Part shown: one piece after another, positions 40,512 to 49,789 of the stretch
Numbering within the stretch: the stretch's first letter is position 1
Layout of the letters: each line of letters opens with the position of its first letter
Assembly (NCBI GenBank): GCA_947462765.1
Contig: CANHQK010000001.1
Location: 10,580 to 74,579 of the forward strand
Direction: 5' to 3'
Source of the DNA: Bdellovibrionales bacterium
Lineage (GTDB): Bacteria; Bdellovibrionota; UBA1018; CAIMNF01
Length of the DNA: 64,000 nt
Program-made: the position numbers and the translations under genes
The notes under the pieces: model-generated
What the model was told of the DNA's origin: nothing
The model's input: the letters and a program-made list of their open reading frames with translations, nothing else
The model's database searches: none

Positions 40512-41301
40512 AAAGACGAACGACCTGGTCCGATTGAATCGGCTGGATGCGGGTGTGGTGGAACTGGTGATCGATCGACCCGAGGCATTGAATGCGCTCA
40601 ACATCCAGGTGTTACTCAGCCTGAAGGCCGCCCTTGAGACTTTGGCCTCCGATGCATCGGTTCGAGTGATCCTCCTGCGTGGGGCTGGCGAGAAGGCATT
40701 CGTTGCCGGGGCTGACATCCGCGAGATGCAGACCATGGGTCGATCGGATGCCGCGCAGTTCTCGAGGCTCGGGCACTCGGTGTGCCTGCTTTTGGAATCG
40801 ATGCCCAAGGTGACTGTTGCCGCTGTCCATGGCTTTGCACTCGGGGGTGGCACCGAGTTGGCATTGGCCTGTGATTTCATTCTGGCATCGGAGAAGGCCC
40901 AGTTCGGCTTGCCTGAGGTGGGCTTGGGGGTGATTCCCGGTTTTGGGGGTACCATCCGCTTGGCCCGCACATTGGGCTTGGCCCGCGCGAAAGAGCTGGT
41001 ATTCAGCGGCGAGCGGATCGGTGCTTCGGAAGCGGTTCAGCTCGGCTTGGTCCGGAAGGCCCTTCCGCAAGACGGATTCTTCGATGAAGTCCGGAAGCAG
41101 GCAGCGAAAATCGCCCGCAACTCACTTTCAGCCGTTTCGGCAGCCAAGTCTTTGATGAACGAGTTCGAGGAAACGTCCGGTGTCCACCCCAAGGTGGATG
41201 CCGAGATCCAGCGATTCTCATCCCTCTTCGGTACGCATGATCAGAAGGAAGGCATGGTGGCTTTCTCCGAAAAGCGCTCTGCGCGGTTCGAGGGGCTTTG
41301 A
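40504..41301 (+). CDS. Enoyl-CoA hydratase (crotonase family)
   Basis: 265 aa. Motifs GAGEKAFVAGADI and GFALGGGTELALACD. Confidence 0.88.
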   Translation: MSEKTNDLVRLNRLDAGVVELVIDRPEALNALNIQVLLSLKAALETLASDASVRVILLRGAGEKAFVAGADIREMQTMGRSDAAQFSRLGHSVCLLLESMPKVTVAAVHGFALGGGTELALACDFILASEKAQFGLPEVGLGVIPGFGGTIRLARTLGLARAKELVFSGERIGASEAVQLGLVRKALPQDGFFDEVRKQAAKIARNSLSAVSAAKSLMNEFEETSGVHPKVDAEIQRFSSLFGTHDQKEGMVAFSEKRSARFEGL

Positions 41302-41345
41302 AAACACCGTACCCTGTGGTTTGATCTCAAAAAAAAGGAAAATGT

Positions 41346-42506
41346 ATGGACTACTCGAAATCCTGGCCCGGACTGGATGATTCTCAAAAAATGCTGATGG
41401 ACTCGATCCATCAGTTTGCGAACGAAGTGGTCGCTCCGAAGGCGGCTCATCATGATGAGACCGGGGAGTTTCCGGTTGAGATCGTCAAACAGATGGCCGA
41501 GATGGGGCTCATGGGGATGATGGTTCCTGAGAAGTGGAACGGGGCCGGTCTTTCTGCCGTCGATTATGCCATGGCCATGGAAGCGATTTCCGCTGCGTGC
41601 GCGTCGAGCGGAGTCATCATGTCGGTGAACAACTCACTGGTGTGTTACCCGATCGATGCTTATGGCAATGATTCCCAGAAAGAGCGATTCCTGAAACCTC
41701 TCGCATCAGGACAGAAGCTCGGGTGTTTTGCGCTCTCTGAGCCCGGGCACGGCTCCGATCCTGCCGGGCTCAAGTGCCGTGCAGAGAGGGTTCCGGGCGG
41801 GTACAAAATCAACGGTTCGAAGAACTGGATCACAAACGGACGCGAGGCCGATTATTGCATTCTGTTTGCGACGATCAACCCCGAACTCAAACACAAAGGC
41901 ATCTGCGCCTTTGTGGTGGATACTAAAAGTCATGGTTTCAGCGTGAACAAGCTCGAGAACAAACTCGGGATCACAGCTTCGTCGACGGCCTCTTTGTTTT
42001 TCGATGATTGTTTTGTTCCAGAGGATTGCCTGCTCGGGAAAGAAGGTGATGGATTCAAGATTGCCATGAGCACCCTCGACGGGGGGCGGATCGGGATCGC
42101 GTCCCAAGCGCTCGGGATCTCCACCTGTGCGGTGGAAGCTTCGAAAAAGTTCGCCATGGAGCGCGAGCAATTCGGAGCGCCGATCGCCAAGCTTCAGGCC
42201 ATCCAGTTTTATATCGCCGAAATGACCACCCGGCTTCAGGGAGCGCGGCTGTTGACCTGGTTCGCAGCTCAGCGAAAGGATCAGGGTCTACCTTTCACGC
42301 GCGAAGCCGCAATGGCGAAGCTCGCGGCGGCCGATGCCGCCATGTGGATCACCACCAAGGCCATCCAGGTCCATGGCGGTTATGGCTACACCAAGGAATA
42401 CGTGGTGGAGCGGAATTTCCGCGATGCCAAGATCACCGAAATCTATGAGGGGACCAGCGAGATCCAGAAGCTGGTGATTGCGGCGCAAGAGTTGGCCAAG
42501 CGTTGA
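41346..42506 (+). CDS. Acyl-CoA dehydrogenase (short/medium-chain type)
   Basis: 386 aa. Motifs CFALSEPGHGSDPAG, QVHGGYGYTKEY and YEGTSEIQKLVIA. Confidence 0.92.
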   Translation: MDYSKSWPGLDDSQKMLMDSIHQFANEVVAPKAAHHDETGEFPVEIVKQMAEMGLMGMMVPEKWNGAGLSAVDYAMAMEAISAACASSGVIMSVNNSLVCYPIDAYGNDSQKERFLKPLASGQKLGCFALSEPGHGSDPAGLKCRAERVPGGYKINGSKNWITNGREADYCILFATINPELKHKGICAFVVDTKSHGFSVNKLENKLGITASSTASLFFDDCFVPEDCLLGKEGDGFKIAMSTLDGGRIGIASQALGISTCAVEASKKFAMEREQFGAPIAKLQAIQFYIAEMTTRLQGARLLTWFAAQRKDQGLPFTREAAMAKLAAADAAMWITTKAIQVHGGYGYTKEYVVERNFRDAKITEIYEGTSEIQKLVIAAQELAKR

Positions 42507-42518
42507 TGCTCCGGCGGC

Positions 42519-43559
42519 TCATTTGCTGATCAGGTCAACGAGTGCTCCTGGGTTCAGGGCGAGAGTCTTTCTGAAGCGATCGAAACCGATCGGATCGCGC
42601 CGTCCAAGTGCATCGAGAGTTCCGATATAGGCCATGTACAAGTCACGATACCTGTATTCCCAGCCCGGCTCGACCACGAGTGTTCCGTCCCGGTTTTGTC
42701 GCGCAGTCGGCTTCAGGGGAAAAAGGATGGTTTTCACGTAACTGTTCCGGCCGTGGGCCTGCTTGTAGATGAGTGACATCAGTGTCGGTAGTGCCCGGAT
42801 GACCCTTGCGATGAGTTGGGTATCCCCCGGATTTTTTTGCTCCAGGTTCTTTCCAGCCTGGACCAATTGCTGAGTCAGGGTCCTGGGCAGATAGTAATAA
42901 TAGAGCTTGTCGTTGAAGTGAGCTTTCAGCAGCATGGCGAAATCCGGATAGGCCTCGACTTCACCGATCAAGGAGGATGGGTCGTTGGTTCGGATCAGGG
43001 TCAGGATTTTTTCGAGGTCATTCACCAATGAGGGTGGGATACCCCATGCGGGTGCTTTCTCCCGGATGAGGATCAAGTGAAGGGGGAGGTCGGGGCGGGC
43101 GGGATTGAAGGAGTTGTCCTGAAAGAGTGTGGCCATCGCATCCGCGGCGAGTTCGGTGGAGCCATAAGCCTCGACACAGGTTCGAAACAAAGGAAATCGA
43201 GTGCTTCGAACCGGTAAAGACCGGAAGTTTTCGAGATCGGCTCTCAGGCTTTTCAAAAATTGGGGAGTTCTGGGGTCTAGCAGGATTCTGCGGGTGTCCC
43301 GGCTGGCAATAAGCAGTCCACGGGTTTTCTTGTTCCGTTCTGGATCGAGTCCGTCGACCATCGCCTTCGAGAGATCCGAACAAATCGATCCGAGGCGGTT
43401 CCGCTGATCTGGATTCACCTGAATGAAGTTGGAACAACGCGCGCTCAGCGACACCCGGAGCACCCGGGGGGCAAGTTGCCCTTTCCAGTCGAAGGCGTGG
43501 GCTCTTGTCCCGGAGTTGCTGAGAAGCAGGAGTGCTGAGAGAATTAGCGGTCGAAGCAA
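42519..43559 (-). CDS. Secreted protein of unknown function (346 aa)
   Basis: Signal peptide MLRPLILSALLLLSNSGTRAHA. I recognise no motif. 16-nt overlap with the upstream gene. Confidence 0.6.
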   Translation of the reverse strand: MLRPLILSALLLLSNSGTRAHAFDWKGQLAPRVLRVSLSARCSNFIQVNPDQRNRLGSICSDLSKAMVDGLDPERNKKTRGLLIASRDTRRILLDPRTPQFLKSLRADLENFRSLPVRSTRFPLFRTCVEAYGSTELAADAMATLFQDNSFNPARPDLPLHLILIREKAPAWGIPPSLVNDLEKILTLIRTNDPSSLIGEVEAYPDFAMLLKAHFNDKLYYYYLPRTLTQQLVQAGKNLEQKNPGDTQLIARVIRALPTLMSLIYKQAHGRNSYVKTILFPLKPTARQNRDGTLVVEPGWEYRYRDLYMAYIGTLDALGRRDPIGFDRFRKTLALNPGALVDLISK

Positions 43560-44758
43560 AGCATGTCCTCGAATGCGATCAAATTCACGGACAAGCCGTG
43601 CCGGGCATTTGCAGTGCGGGCGTCCATCCTCAGGATCGGCCGACTTTGAACTCCGTTTTGTCCGGGAGCGATGAATGCGGCATTTCCGGATGCGTCGATA
43701 ACTGCGACAGCTTCAAGCTTGCCAAAAGGGAGCGTGGCCGGGCGAAAGCTGCCCTGCCATCCGGCGCGGGTGATTTTAAATTTCGAGATCGGGGTGTACC
43801 CGAGGTCGCGACCCGGTCCGGTGTTGGTGCGGGTCAATTCGATCTCGGTATATCCCTGGTATCGGATATCCCGGGATTCGTTTGAAGGATTCAAGAGGGC
43901 GTTCGCGCCTTGTACACAGCGCAATCTCCTCAGGGATGTGCCATCCGGCATCGGGCCGGTTTTGGTGCGAAGGTGGTTCATGTCCCGGAGAATGCCCATG
44001 ACGTTGACGGGCGTGTAACGGGAGAGAGACTCGATTGCGAGTCGATGGGATTGTTCTGACCTCAGATCGAGCAGATCGACCTCGCCTGTTTGAGGATGCA
44101 GCTCGGTGATTTGGAGGAGCGCTCCCGAGGGATCGATCAGGAAATTGGCCTCGATGTTTTCACGAAGGGCCGAGGGGTGGCCGCTCAGCGAAAGAAAGAG
44201 CTCTTGTTTGAGCCGAGCACGAATCATTTTCCGGATGGGTTCAGCCTCAGTCCGAGCGCAACGACCTTCGGCGCGGGTCCGTTTGGAGATTCCAAAGGTG
44301 GTTTCCGCGCCATCAATGAAAAGAGTCTTGAGCGACAGGGTTGCCGGGTCGAGAGTCATGCGCAATTCCCGGGTCCAATCCTGTGCGCCGATTCCGTACC
44401 AGGGATCACCCCCCGAATAGTGGTGGGTGAGGTGGGTCAGGACAATGCTGGAATTTTTCTTTTCAGCACGCAGATTCTGAGGCCCCTTGTTCGTCAAGAG
44501 GGTCCAATTTCCATTCGTGGAGTGGAGACACAGGGGGCGCCCTGCCTGGCAGGAAAGGAGAGTGGGTGTTCCGCTCAGGCCGGCTTTTTGTGCAGCTTCT
44601 TCGACCTGTGCGCTCAGGTCGAGCGGTGAAAGGTTCCGCTCCCGCGCTTCGTTTTTCTGGAAGAGGAAGTGCTGGGTCGCCCGGGTGCAGGCGTCCTCTG
44701 CCAGGGCGGGGATTGAGAACAGTATGCCGGTGAATAGGACAAGGCTCGAGCGGTTCAT
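43544..44758 (-). CDS. Secreted protein of unknown function (404 aa)
   Basis: Signal peptide MNRSSLVLFTGILFSIPALA. Several Cys residues. I recognise no motif. Confidence 0.6.
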   Translation of the reverse strand: MNRSSLVLFTGILFSIPALAEDACTRATQHFLFQKNEARERNLSPLDLSAQVEEAAQKAGLSGTPTLLSCQAGRPLCLHSTNGNWTLLTNKGPQNLRAEKKNSSIVLTHLTHHYSGGDPWYGIGAQDWTRELRMTLDPATLSLKTLFIDGAETTFGISKRTRAEGRCARTEAEPIRKMIRARLKQELFLSLSGHPSALRENIEANFLIDPSGALLQITELHPQTGEVDLLDLRSEQSHRLAIESLSRYTPVNVMGILRDMNHLRTKTGPMPDGTSLRRLRCVQGANALLNPSNESRDIRYQGYTEIELTRTNTGPGRDLGYTPISKFKITRAGWQGSFRPATLPFGKLEAVAVIDASGNAAFIAPGQNGVQSRPILRMDARTANARHGLSVNLIAFEDMLCFDR

Positions 44759-44851
44759 GCGCGCAAGTTAGCACGCCTTGTGCGCGGCGTCAAATTTTGA
44801 CCGCTTGGCGCTGCCGTTGATCGGGGAGGGCTTGTCGGCTATGATTCCGGC

Positions 44852-46531
44852 ATGGCAAACGACCCAGGCAAGATCGAAGCAATGCAGAATCACTGGCAGA
44901 AGAAGCTCACCGAATCTTTGAAAAAGGTTCCGGAGCGCCCGGTCCGTTTCACCACCTGGAGTGATCTCGAGGTCCCCCTGCTGTGCACACCGAACGACCT
45001 GGATCGTATCGGGTTTGATTTCGAGAAGGATCTCGGTTTCCCGGGAGAGTATCCCTTCACCCGCGGGGTGCAGCCCAATATGTATCGGGGCAAGCTTTGG
45101 ACCATGCGCCAGTTCGCAGGCTTTTCTTCTCCTGAGGAGACCAATCAGAGGTTCAAACTCTTGCTTGAGAAAGGTCAGACCGGCCTATCGACGGCGTTCG
45201 ATATGCCCACTTTGATGGGTTATGACTGTGATTCGCCGATGGCCTTGGGGGAAGTGGGCAAGTGCGGGGTTTCGGTCTCCTCGCTCGAGGACATGGAAAC
45301 CCTGTTCGAGGGCATTCCCCTCGACGAGGTGACGACCTCGATGACCATCAACGGTCCGGCAATCGTGATTCTGGCCATGTACTATGTGATGGCTGAAAAA
45401 CGAGGAATTCCCCGGGAAAAAGTGAGAGGAACGCTACAAAACGATATTTTGAAGGAGTACATCGCCCAGAAGGAGTGGCTGTTTCCGATTGCTCCGGCAG
45501 TGAAGTGCGTGATCGATACGATCGAATACGGAACCCGGCATTACCCCAATTGGAATACGGTTTCGATTTCGGGCTATCACATCCGTGAGGCTGGAGCGAC
45601 GGCCGTGCAAGAGTTGGCGTTCACGATCGCCGACGGGATGGCTTATGTTGAAGAGTCCTTGAAGCGCGGGCTTCAGGTGGATGAGTTCGCCCCTCGGCTT
45701 TCGTTCTTCTTTGATGTTCACAATGACTTTTTCGAAGAGATTGCCAAGTTCCGGGCGGCGCGCCGGATTTGGGCCAAGTTGATGAAGGAACGTTACGGGG
45801 CCAAGTCGCCGAAGTCCTGGATGCTCCGGACGCATGCCCAGACTGCGGGGGTTTCGCTCACCGCCCAGCAGCCGATGAACAACGTGGTTCGTGTAGCGAT
45901 CCAGGCCATGGCCGGCGTTCTCGGAGGGGTGAATTCCCTTCACACCAACTCCATGGACGAGACCCTGTCTCTTCCCACGGACGAGGCCGTATTGGTTGCC
46001 CTTCGGACCCAGCAGGTCTTAGCCGAGGAAAGCGGAGTGGCCAATTTCGCCGATCCGCTCGGCGGGTCGTATCTGGTCGAGTACATGACCCACCAAGTGG
46101 AGACTGCCGCTTGGGAATACATTCATAAAATCGATGAGATGGGTGGAATGGTCGCCGCGGTTGAGAATGGGTTTCCGCAAGCCGAGATCGGGAATAGTGC
46201 TTATCACTTTCAACGACAGCTCGAAAAGAAAGAGAAAGTCATGGTGGGCGTAAACCGCTACACCATGGAGGAGAAGAAGCGGGCGATCGAGACCCTGTAT
46301 ATCGACCGTGCGGTTGAGGGACGTCAGGCGCAAAAGCTGAAGGCCTTGAAGGCCCGTCGGGATGGCGCTAAAGTCCAGGCCTCATTAGAGGGAGTCCGGT
46401 TAGCCGCCCAAAAGGGCGACAACCTCATGCCGTCGATCATGGAGGCTGTTCGGGACTGGGCGACGCTACAAGAGGTTTGTGATACGCTCCGTTCCGTATA
46501 TGGAATTTATCGCGAAGACGGGAAATTCTAA
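44852..46531 (+). CDS. Coenzyme-B12-dependent acyl-CoA mutase, large (substrate-binding) subunit; isobutyryl-CoA-mutase-like specificity residues
   Basis: 559 aa. Motifs [50 protein letters not shown] and LHTNSMDE. Phe88 and Gln206 sit where methylmalonyl-CoA mutase has Tyr89 and Arg207. Confidence 0.88.
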   Translation: MANDPGKIEAMQNHWQKKLTESLKKVPERPVRFTTWSDLEVPLLCTPNDLDRIGFDFEKDLGFPGEYPFTRGVQPNMYRGKLWTMRQFAGFSSPEETNQRFKLLLEKGQTGLSTAFDMPTLMGYDCDSPMALGEVGKCGVSVSSLEDMETLFEGIPLDEVTTSMTINGPAIVILAMYYVMAEKRGIPREKVRGTLQNDILKEYIAQKEWLFPIAPAVKCVIDTIEYGTRHYPNWNTVSISGYHIREAGATAVQELAFTIADGMAYVEESLKRGLQVDEFAPRLSFFFDVHNDFFEEIAKFRAARRIWAKLMKERYGAKSPKSWMLRTHAQTAGVSLTAQQPMNNVVRVAIQAMAGVLGGVNSLHTNSMDETLSLPTDEAVLVALRTQQVLAEESGVANFADPLGGSYLVEYMTHQVETAAWEYIHKIDEMGGMVAAVENGFPQAEIGNSAYHFQRQLEKKEKVMVGVNRYTMEEKKRAIETLYIDRAVEGRQAQKLKALKARRDGAKVQASLEGVRLAAQKGDNLMPSIMEAVRDWATLQEVCDTLRSVYGIYREDGKF

Positions 46532-46597
46532 CGTAGAATCAGGTGTTTAAACTGAAATCGTTGATTTTCATTACAGGGTCAACGGGAATGGTCGAGG

Positions 46598-47020
46598 TTG
46601 GGAATGTTTCAAGGAAATCCAGAGCGTAACCGGATTCGAGTGCTGATCGCCAAGCCAGGACTGGACGGTCATGATCGTGGCGCGAAGGTGATTGCGCGTG
46701 CTCTTCGGGATGCGGGGTTCGAGGTTGTCTACACCGGACTTCATCAGACCCCTGAAATGATCGTACAGGCCGCGATCCAAGAGGATGTTCATGTGGTCGG
46801 GATCAGTGTGCTGTCGGGCGCTCACAATGCCCTGGTGCCGGAAGTGATCCGTGGCGTGAAGTCAGCGGGCCTTCAGGATGTGTTATTCCTGGTTGGCGGA
46901 ATCATTCCAGAAGAGGATTTTGAGGGTCTGAAGCAGGCGGGTTGCCAAATGGTGTTCACTCCCGGGACCTCGCTGGAAGAAATCATCAATTATATCGACA
47001 AAAACGCTCCGGCGCGCTAA
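46598..47020 (+). CDS. Acyl-CoA mutase small subunit (B12-binding domain)
   Basis: 140 aa. Contains the DxHxxG cobalamin motif (LDGHDRGAK), plus [10 protein letters not shown] and GGIIP. Confidence 0.9.
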   Translation: MGMFQGNPERNRIRVLIAKPGLDGHDRGAKVIARALRDAGFEVVYTGLHQTPEMIVQAAIQEDVHVVGISVLSGAHNALVPEVIRGVKSAGLQDVLFLVGGIIPEEDFEGLKQAGCQMVFTPGTSLEEIINYIDKNAPAR

Positions 47021-47033
47021 AGTCCGCCGCCTG

Positions 47034-48944
47034 ATGCGTCACTACGATGTTTTGGTCATTGGAGGCGGACACGCCGGTTGTGAGGCTGCGCATGCAGCGG
47101 CACGGCTCGGGGCTCGTACTGCCATGCTCACACTGGACCGTCTGAAGATCGGGGCCATGTCGTGCAATCCGGCGATCGGCGGGTTGGCCAAGGGGCAGCT
47201 GGTAAAAGAGGTCGATGCTTTGGGCGGGGTAATGGGGCGGATCACAGATTTGGCCACTATCCAGTTTCGGCGCCTGAATTCAAGTAAGGGACCGGCGGTC
47301 AGGTCTTCCCGGGCCCAGTGCGACAAAAATCGTTATGCCCGGTTCATGCAGGATTTGTTGGCCACTGTTCCCGGGCTCGAACTCCTCGAGGGCGAAGTCA
47401 TCGGATTGATCGTGGAGTCCGGTCGGGTGGTTGGGGTGCGGACTGGAGCGGATGAGATCCGGGCCAGGAGTGTGGTGATCACTTCGGGGACCTTTCTCAG
47501 GGCAATCATGCATCGAGGCACGGTTCAGGAGGAAGGGGGGCGCTTGGGTGACAAGTCAGCCAATAGTCTGAGTGCTGATCTGCTCGGGCTCGGGTTGCGT
47601 TTGCGCCGGCTCAAAACGGGAACCCCCCCGCGTTTGCACAAGGATTCGATTGATTGGTCCCAGACCATTCCGCAGCCGGGCGATGAACGGTTGATTCCTT
47701 TCTCGTTTTATCACCGTCCCGACCCTTATCCCTTTTTGCCCCAGGTTCCTTGTTTTCTCACCTACACCAATGCGCAGACCCACGAGATCATCGAGAAGAA
47801 TCTCGGAAAGAGTGCCATGTACAGTGGCGCGATCACGGGTGTGGGACCCCGTTATTGCCCCTCTATTGAAGACAAGATCAGTCGTTTCCGGGACAAGGAT
47901 CGGCACCAGTTGTTTTTAGAGCCTGAGGGCTTGGATGTTGATGAGATCTACGTCAATGGAATTTCCACCTCCCTTCCGGTGGAGGTTCAGGAAGAGTTTG
48001 TCAGGACCATCCCCGGACTTGAGCGTGCGCGGTTCATCCGCTACGCCTATGCCGTCGAGTACGATGCCTTGGATGCCCGCCAACTGCGTGCGTCCCTTGA
48101 GTGCAAGGACGTGCCCGGTTTGTTTTTTGCCGGTCAAGTGAATGGAACATCCGGGTATGAAGAGGCTGCAGGGCAAGGCTTAGTGGCGGGAGTGAACGCC
48201 GCCCATGCCGCACTGGGTCGTGATCCTTTTGTGGTCAGTCGCCTGGACGGATATATCGGTGTGATGATCGATGACTTGATCTTGAAGGGTTCGGATGAGC
48301 CTTATCGGATGTTCACTTCACGTGCTGAGTACCGCCTGCTGCAGAGGGAAGATAATGCTGATCTGCGCCTGAGCCCCAAGGCGATTGAGATCGGTCTTCT
48401 GGATGGCCACTCGGCGCAGCGCTTCCAAGAAAAACGCACAGGCGTAGCGGCCCTTCAGGCTGATTTGGAGTCGTTTTATTTTTATCCGAACCCGGGGACC
48501 TTGGAAAGATTCGGGCACTTGGGGCTTTCTCCCATCAAGGACCGGGTCAGTGCAGAGGCGCTGATGAGGAGGCCCGAGGTTGGATTTTCAGAGCTGGGTA
48601 GTCTCGGGTATTCAAGCCCCATTTCCGATCCGGATATCCGTGAACAGGTGGAGATTCAGGTTCGATATCGTGGCTACATTGAGAATGACATGAAGCTATT
48701 GGAGGGTGTTCGCAATGCCGAGGGAATGTTGATCCCCGGCACTCTGGACTATGACTCCGTCGCCGGTCTCTCCAATGAGATCAAGGGCAGGCTGAAGGAG
48801 GTTCGTCCAGAGAACATCGGGCAAGCCTCGAGGATTCAGGGTATGACTCCGGCTGCGGTTGCGAATTTGATGATTTACCTTAAGAACAAGAGGCGCGCTC
48901 CGATCAGTGGAGGAAAGGCGCCCCATGACCCCTTCTCTGGCTGA
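47034..48944 (+). CDS. mnmG: tRNA uridine 5-carboxymethylaminomethyl modification enzyme MnmG (GidA)
   Basis: 636 aa. Motifs VIGGGHAGCEAA, GPRYCPSIEDK and FFAGQVNGTSGYEEAA. Confidence 0.97.
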   Translation: MRHYDVLVIGGGHAGCEAAHAAARLGARTAMLTLDRLKIGAMSCNPAIGGLAKGQLVKEVDALGGVMGRITDLATIQFRRLNSSKGPAVRSSRAQCDKNRYARFMQDLLATVPGLELLEGEVIGLIVESGRVVGVRTGADEIRARSVVITSGTFLRAIMHRGTVQEEGGRLGDKSANSLSADLLGLGLRLRRLKTGTPPRLHKDSIDWSQTIPQPGDERLIPFSFYHRPDPYPFLPQVPCFLTYTNAQTHEIIEKNLGKSAMYSGAITGVGPRYCPSIEDKISRFRDKDRHQLFLEPEGLDVDEIYVNGISTSLPVEVQEEFVRTIPGLERARFIRYAYAVEYDALDARQLRASLECKDVPGLFFAGQVNGTSGYEEAAGQGLVAGVNAAHAALGRDPFVVSRLDGYIGVMIDDLILKGSDEPYRMFTSRAEYRLLQREDNADLRLSPKAIEIGLLDGHSAQRFQEKRTGVAALQADLESFYFYPNPGTLERFGHLGLSPIKDRVSAEALMRRPEVGFSELGSLGYSSPISDPDIREQVEIQVRYRGYIENDMKLLEGVRNAEGMLIPGTLDYDSVAGLSNEIKGRLKEVRPENIGQASRIQGMTPAAVANLMIYLKNKRRAPISGGKAPHDPFSG

Positions 48945-49572
48945 TTTTTTACGTGAGATTCACTCCAGCGACCTTCCGTTGGACGAAAAGCAGGCCGAGG
49001 CCGCTGCCCGGTTTGCTCATATTCTCCATGTTGAGAATGAAACGCAGAACCTAACCCGGATTCTGGGTGCCCGCGAGTTCGTGGACGGTCATTTGCGTGA
49101 CGCCGTTGAGCTTTTGGGGTCACCCACTTTGGGCAGACGCATTCTTGACGTTGGCTCCGGTTCTGGCGTCCCCGGCCTTTTGGCGGCGGCCCTATGTGCG
49201 GATTCCGACCGCGTTTGGTTTTTGACCGACAGTGAAAAGAGCAAGGCCGACTACTTGGGGCGCGCAGCGCGCGAGCTGGGCTTGCAGCGCGTGGCGGTCC
49301 TGGGGAAGAGAACCGAAGAGGTGATTGATCTGGTGAAGCCCGACACCGTGATAGCCCGAGCGGTGGGCCCCGTGGACCGAATTGCTGCATGGATCTGGAA
49401 TTGTTCCACGTGGAACAATCTCATTCTGTTCAAGAGCAAAGGCTGGGAACAAGAGTGGAAAGAGGCGCAGACCAGCAGGTATGGCAAAAAATTGACGGTT
49501 ATTCATACTCATGAATATTCCTTCGAGGACAAAAAGAGGCTTCTGATTAGCCTAAAAAGAAAATCGGGCTGA
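48925..49572 (+). CDS. rsmG: 16S rRNA m7G527 methyltransferase RsmG (GidB)
   Basis: The ORF track starts at a GTG at 48907. The ATG at 48925 gives MTPSLADFL. SAM motif ILDVGSGSGVPGL. The gene follows mnmG. Confidence 0.9.
   Translation: MTPSLADFLREIHSSDLPLDEKQAEAAARFAHILHVENETQNLTRILGAREFVDGHLRDAVELLGSPTLGRRILDVGSGSGVPGLLAAALCADSDRVWFLTDSEKSKADYLGRAARELGLQRVAVLGKRTEEVIDLVKPDTVIARAVGPVDRIAAWIWNCSTWNNLILFKSKGWEQEWKEAQTSRYGKKLTVIHTHEYSFEDKKRLLISLKRKSG
49402..49417. promoter_or_regulatory. parS centromere-like site (perfect palindrome) inside rsmG
   Basis: TGTTCCACGTGGAACA matches the consensus TGTTNCACGTGNAACA. It extends to an 18-bp palindrome TTGTTCCACGTGGAACAA (49401-49418). It lies about 400 bp upstream of parA. 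Confidence 0.75.
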
Positions 49573-49685
49573 TTAATCTTTTTAGTTGATATTCAGGCTA
49601 ATCAGGATAACCTGTCTCCAACAACAGATTTAGGCATTGCAGATTTGTTCTCCGCCGCAACCACACAACGCGACTGAACAATCTG

Positions 49686-49737
49686 AAAAGGGGGAAATAA
49701 CGCGCCTGGCTGCGATTCCCCCTTTTTTATTTTTTTG
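49686..49737 (+). terminator. Rho-independent terminator downstream of rsmG
   Basis: AAAAGGGGGAA (49686-49696) pairs with TTCCCCCTTTT (49716-49726), with internal CGC/GCG pairing in the loop. It is followed by TTATTTTTTT. Confidence 0.6.
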
Positions 49738-49789
49738 ACTTGGGGTATAAATCCCGGCCTGTAGCAAGCAAGCCGGAGGATCGAGTTTC

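Noticed and set aside
39675-40970. A 431-aa minus-strand ORF spanning the hbd/crotonase genes. Similar antisense ORFs lie at 37454..38350 (yidC), 50597..51514 (parB) and 61144..62259 (PBP1A).
   Set aside because: Each lies opposite a gene with strong family motifs. One crosses a gene boundary. All have the Arg/Pro/Gly-rich composition of antisense frames.
44759-44851. A possible cobalamin riboswitch or regulatory RNA upstream of the B12-dependent mutase.
   Set aside because: The gap is only 93 nt and is shared with a divergent gene. That is too short for a cobalamin riboswitch, and I saw no B12-box-like sequence.
49737-49760. TTGACT followed by TATAAA upstream of parA as a sigma70 promoter.
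   Set aside because: The two hexamers are only about 6 nt apart, far from the 16-18-nt spacing required, and I saw no alternative -10 at the right distance.
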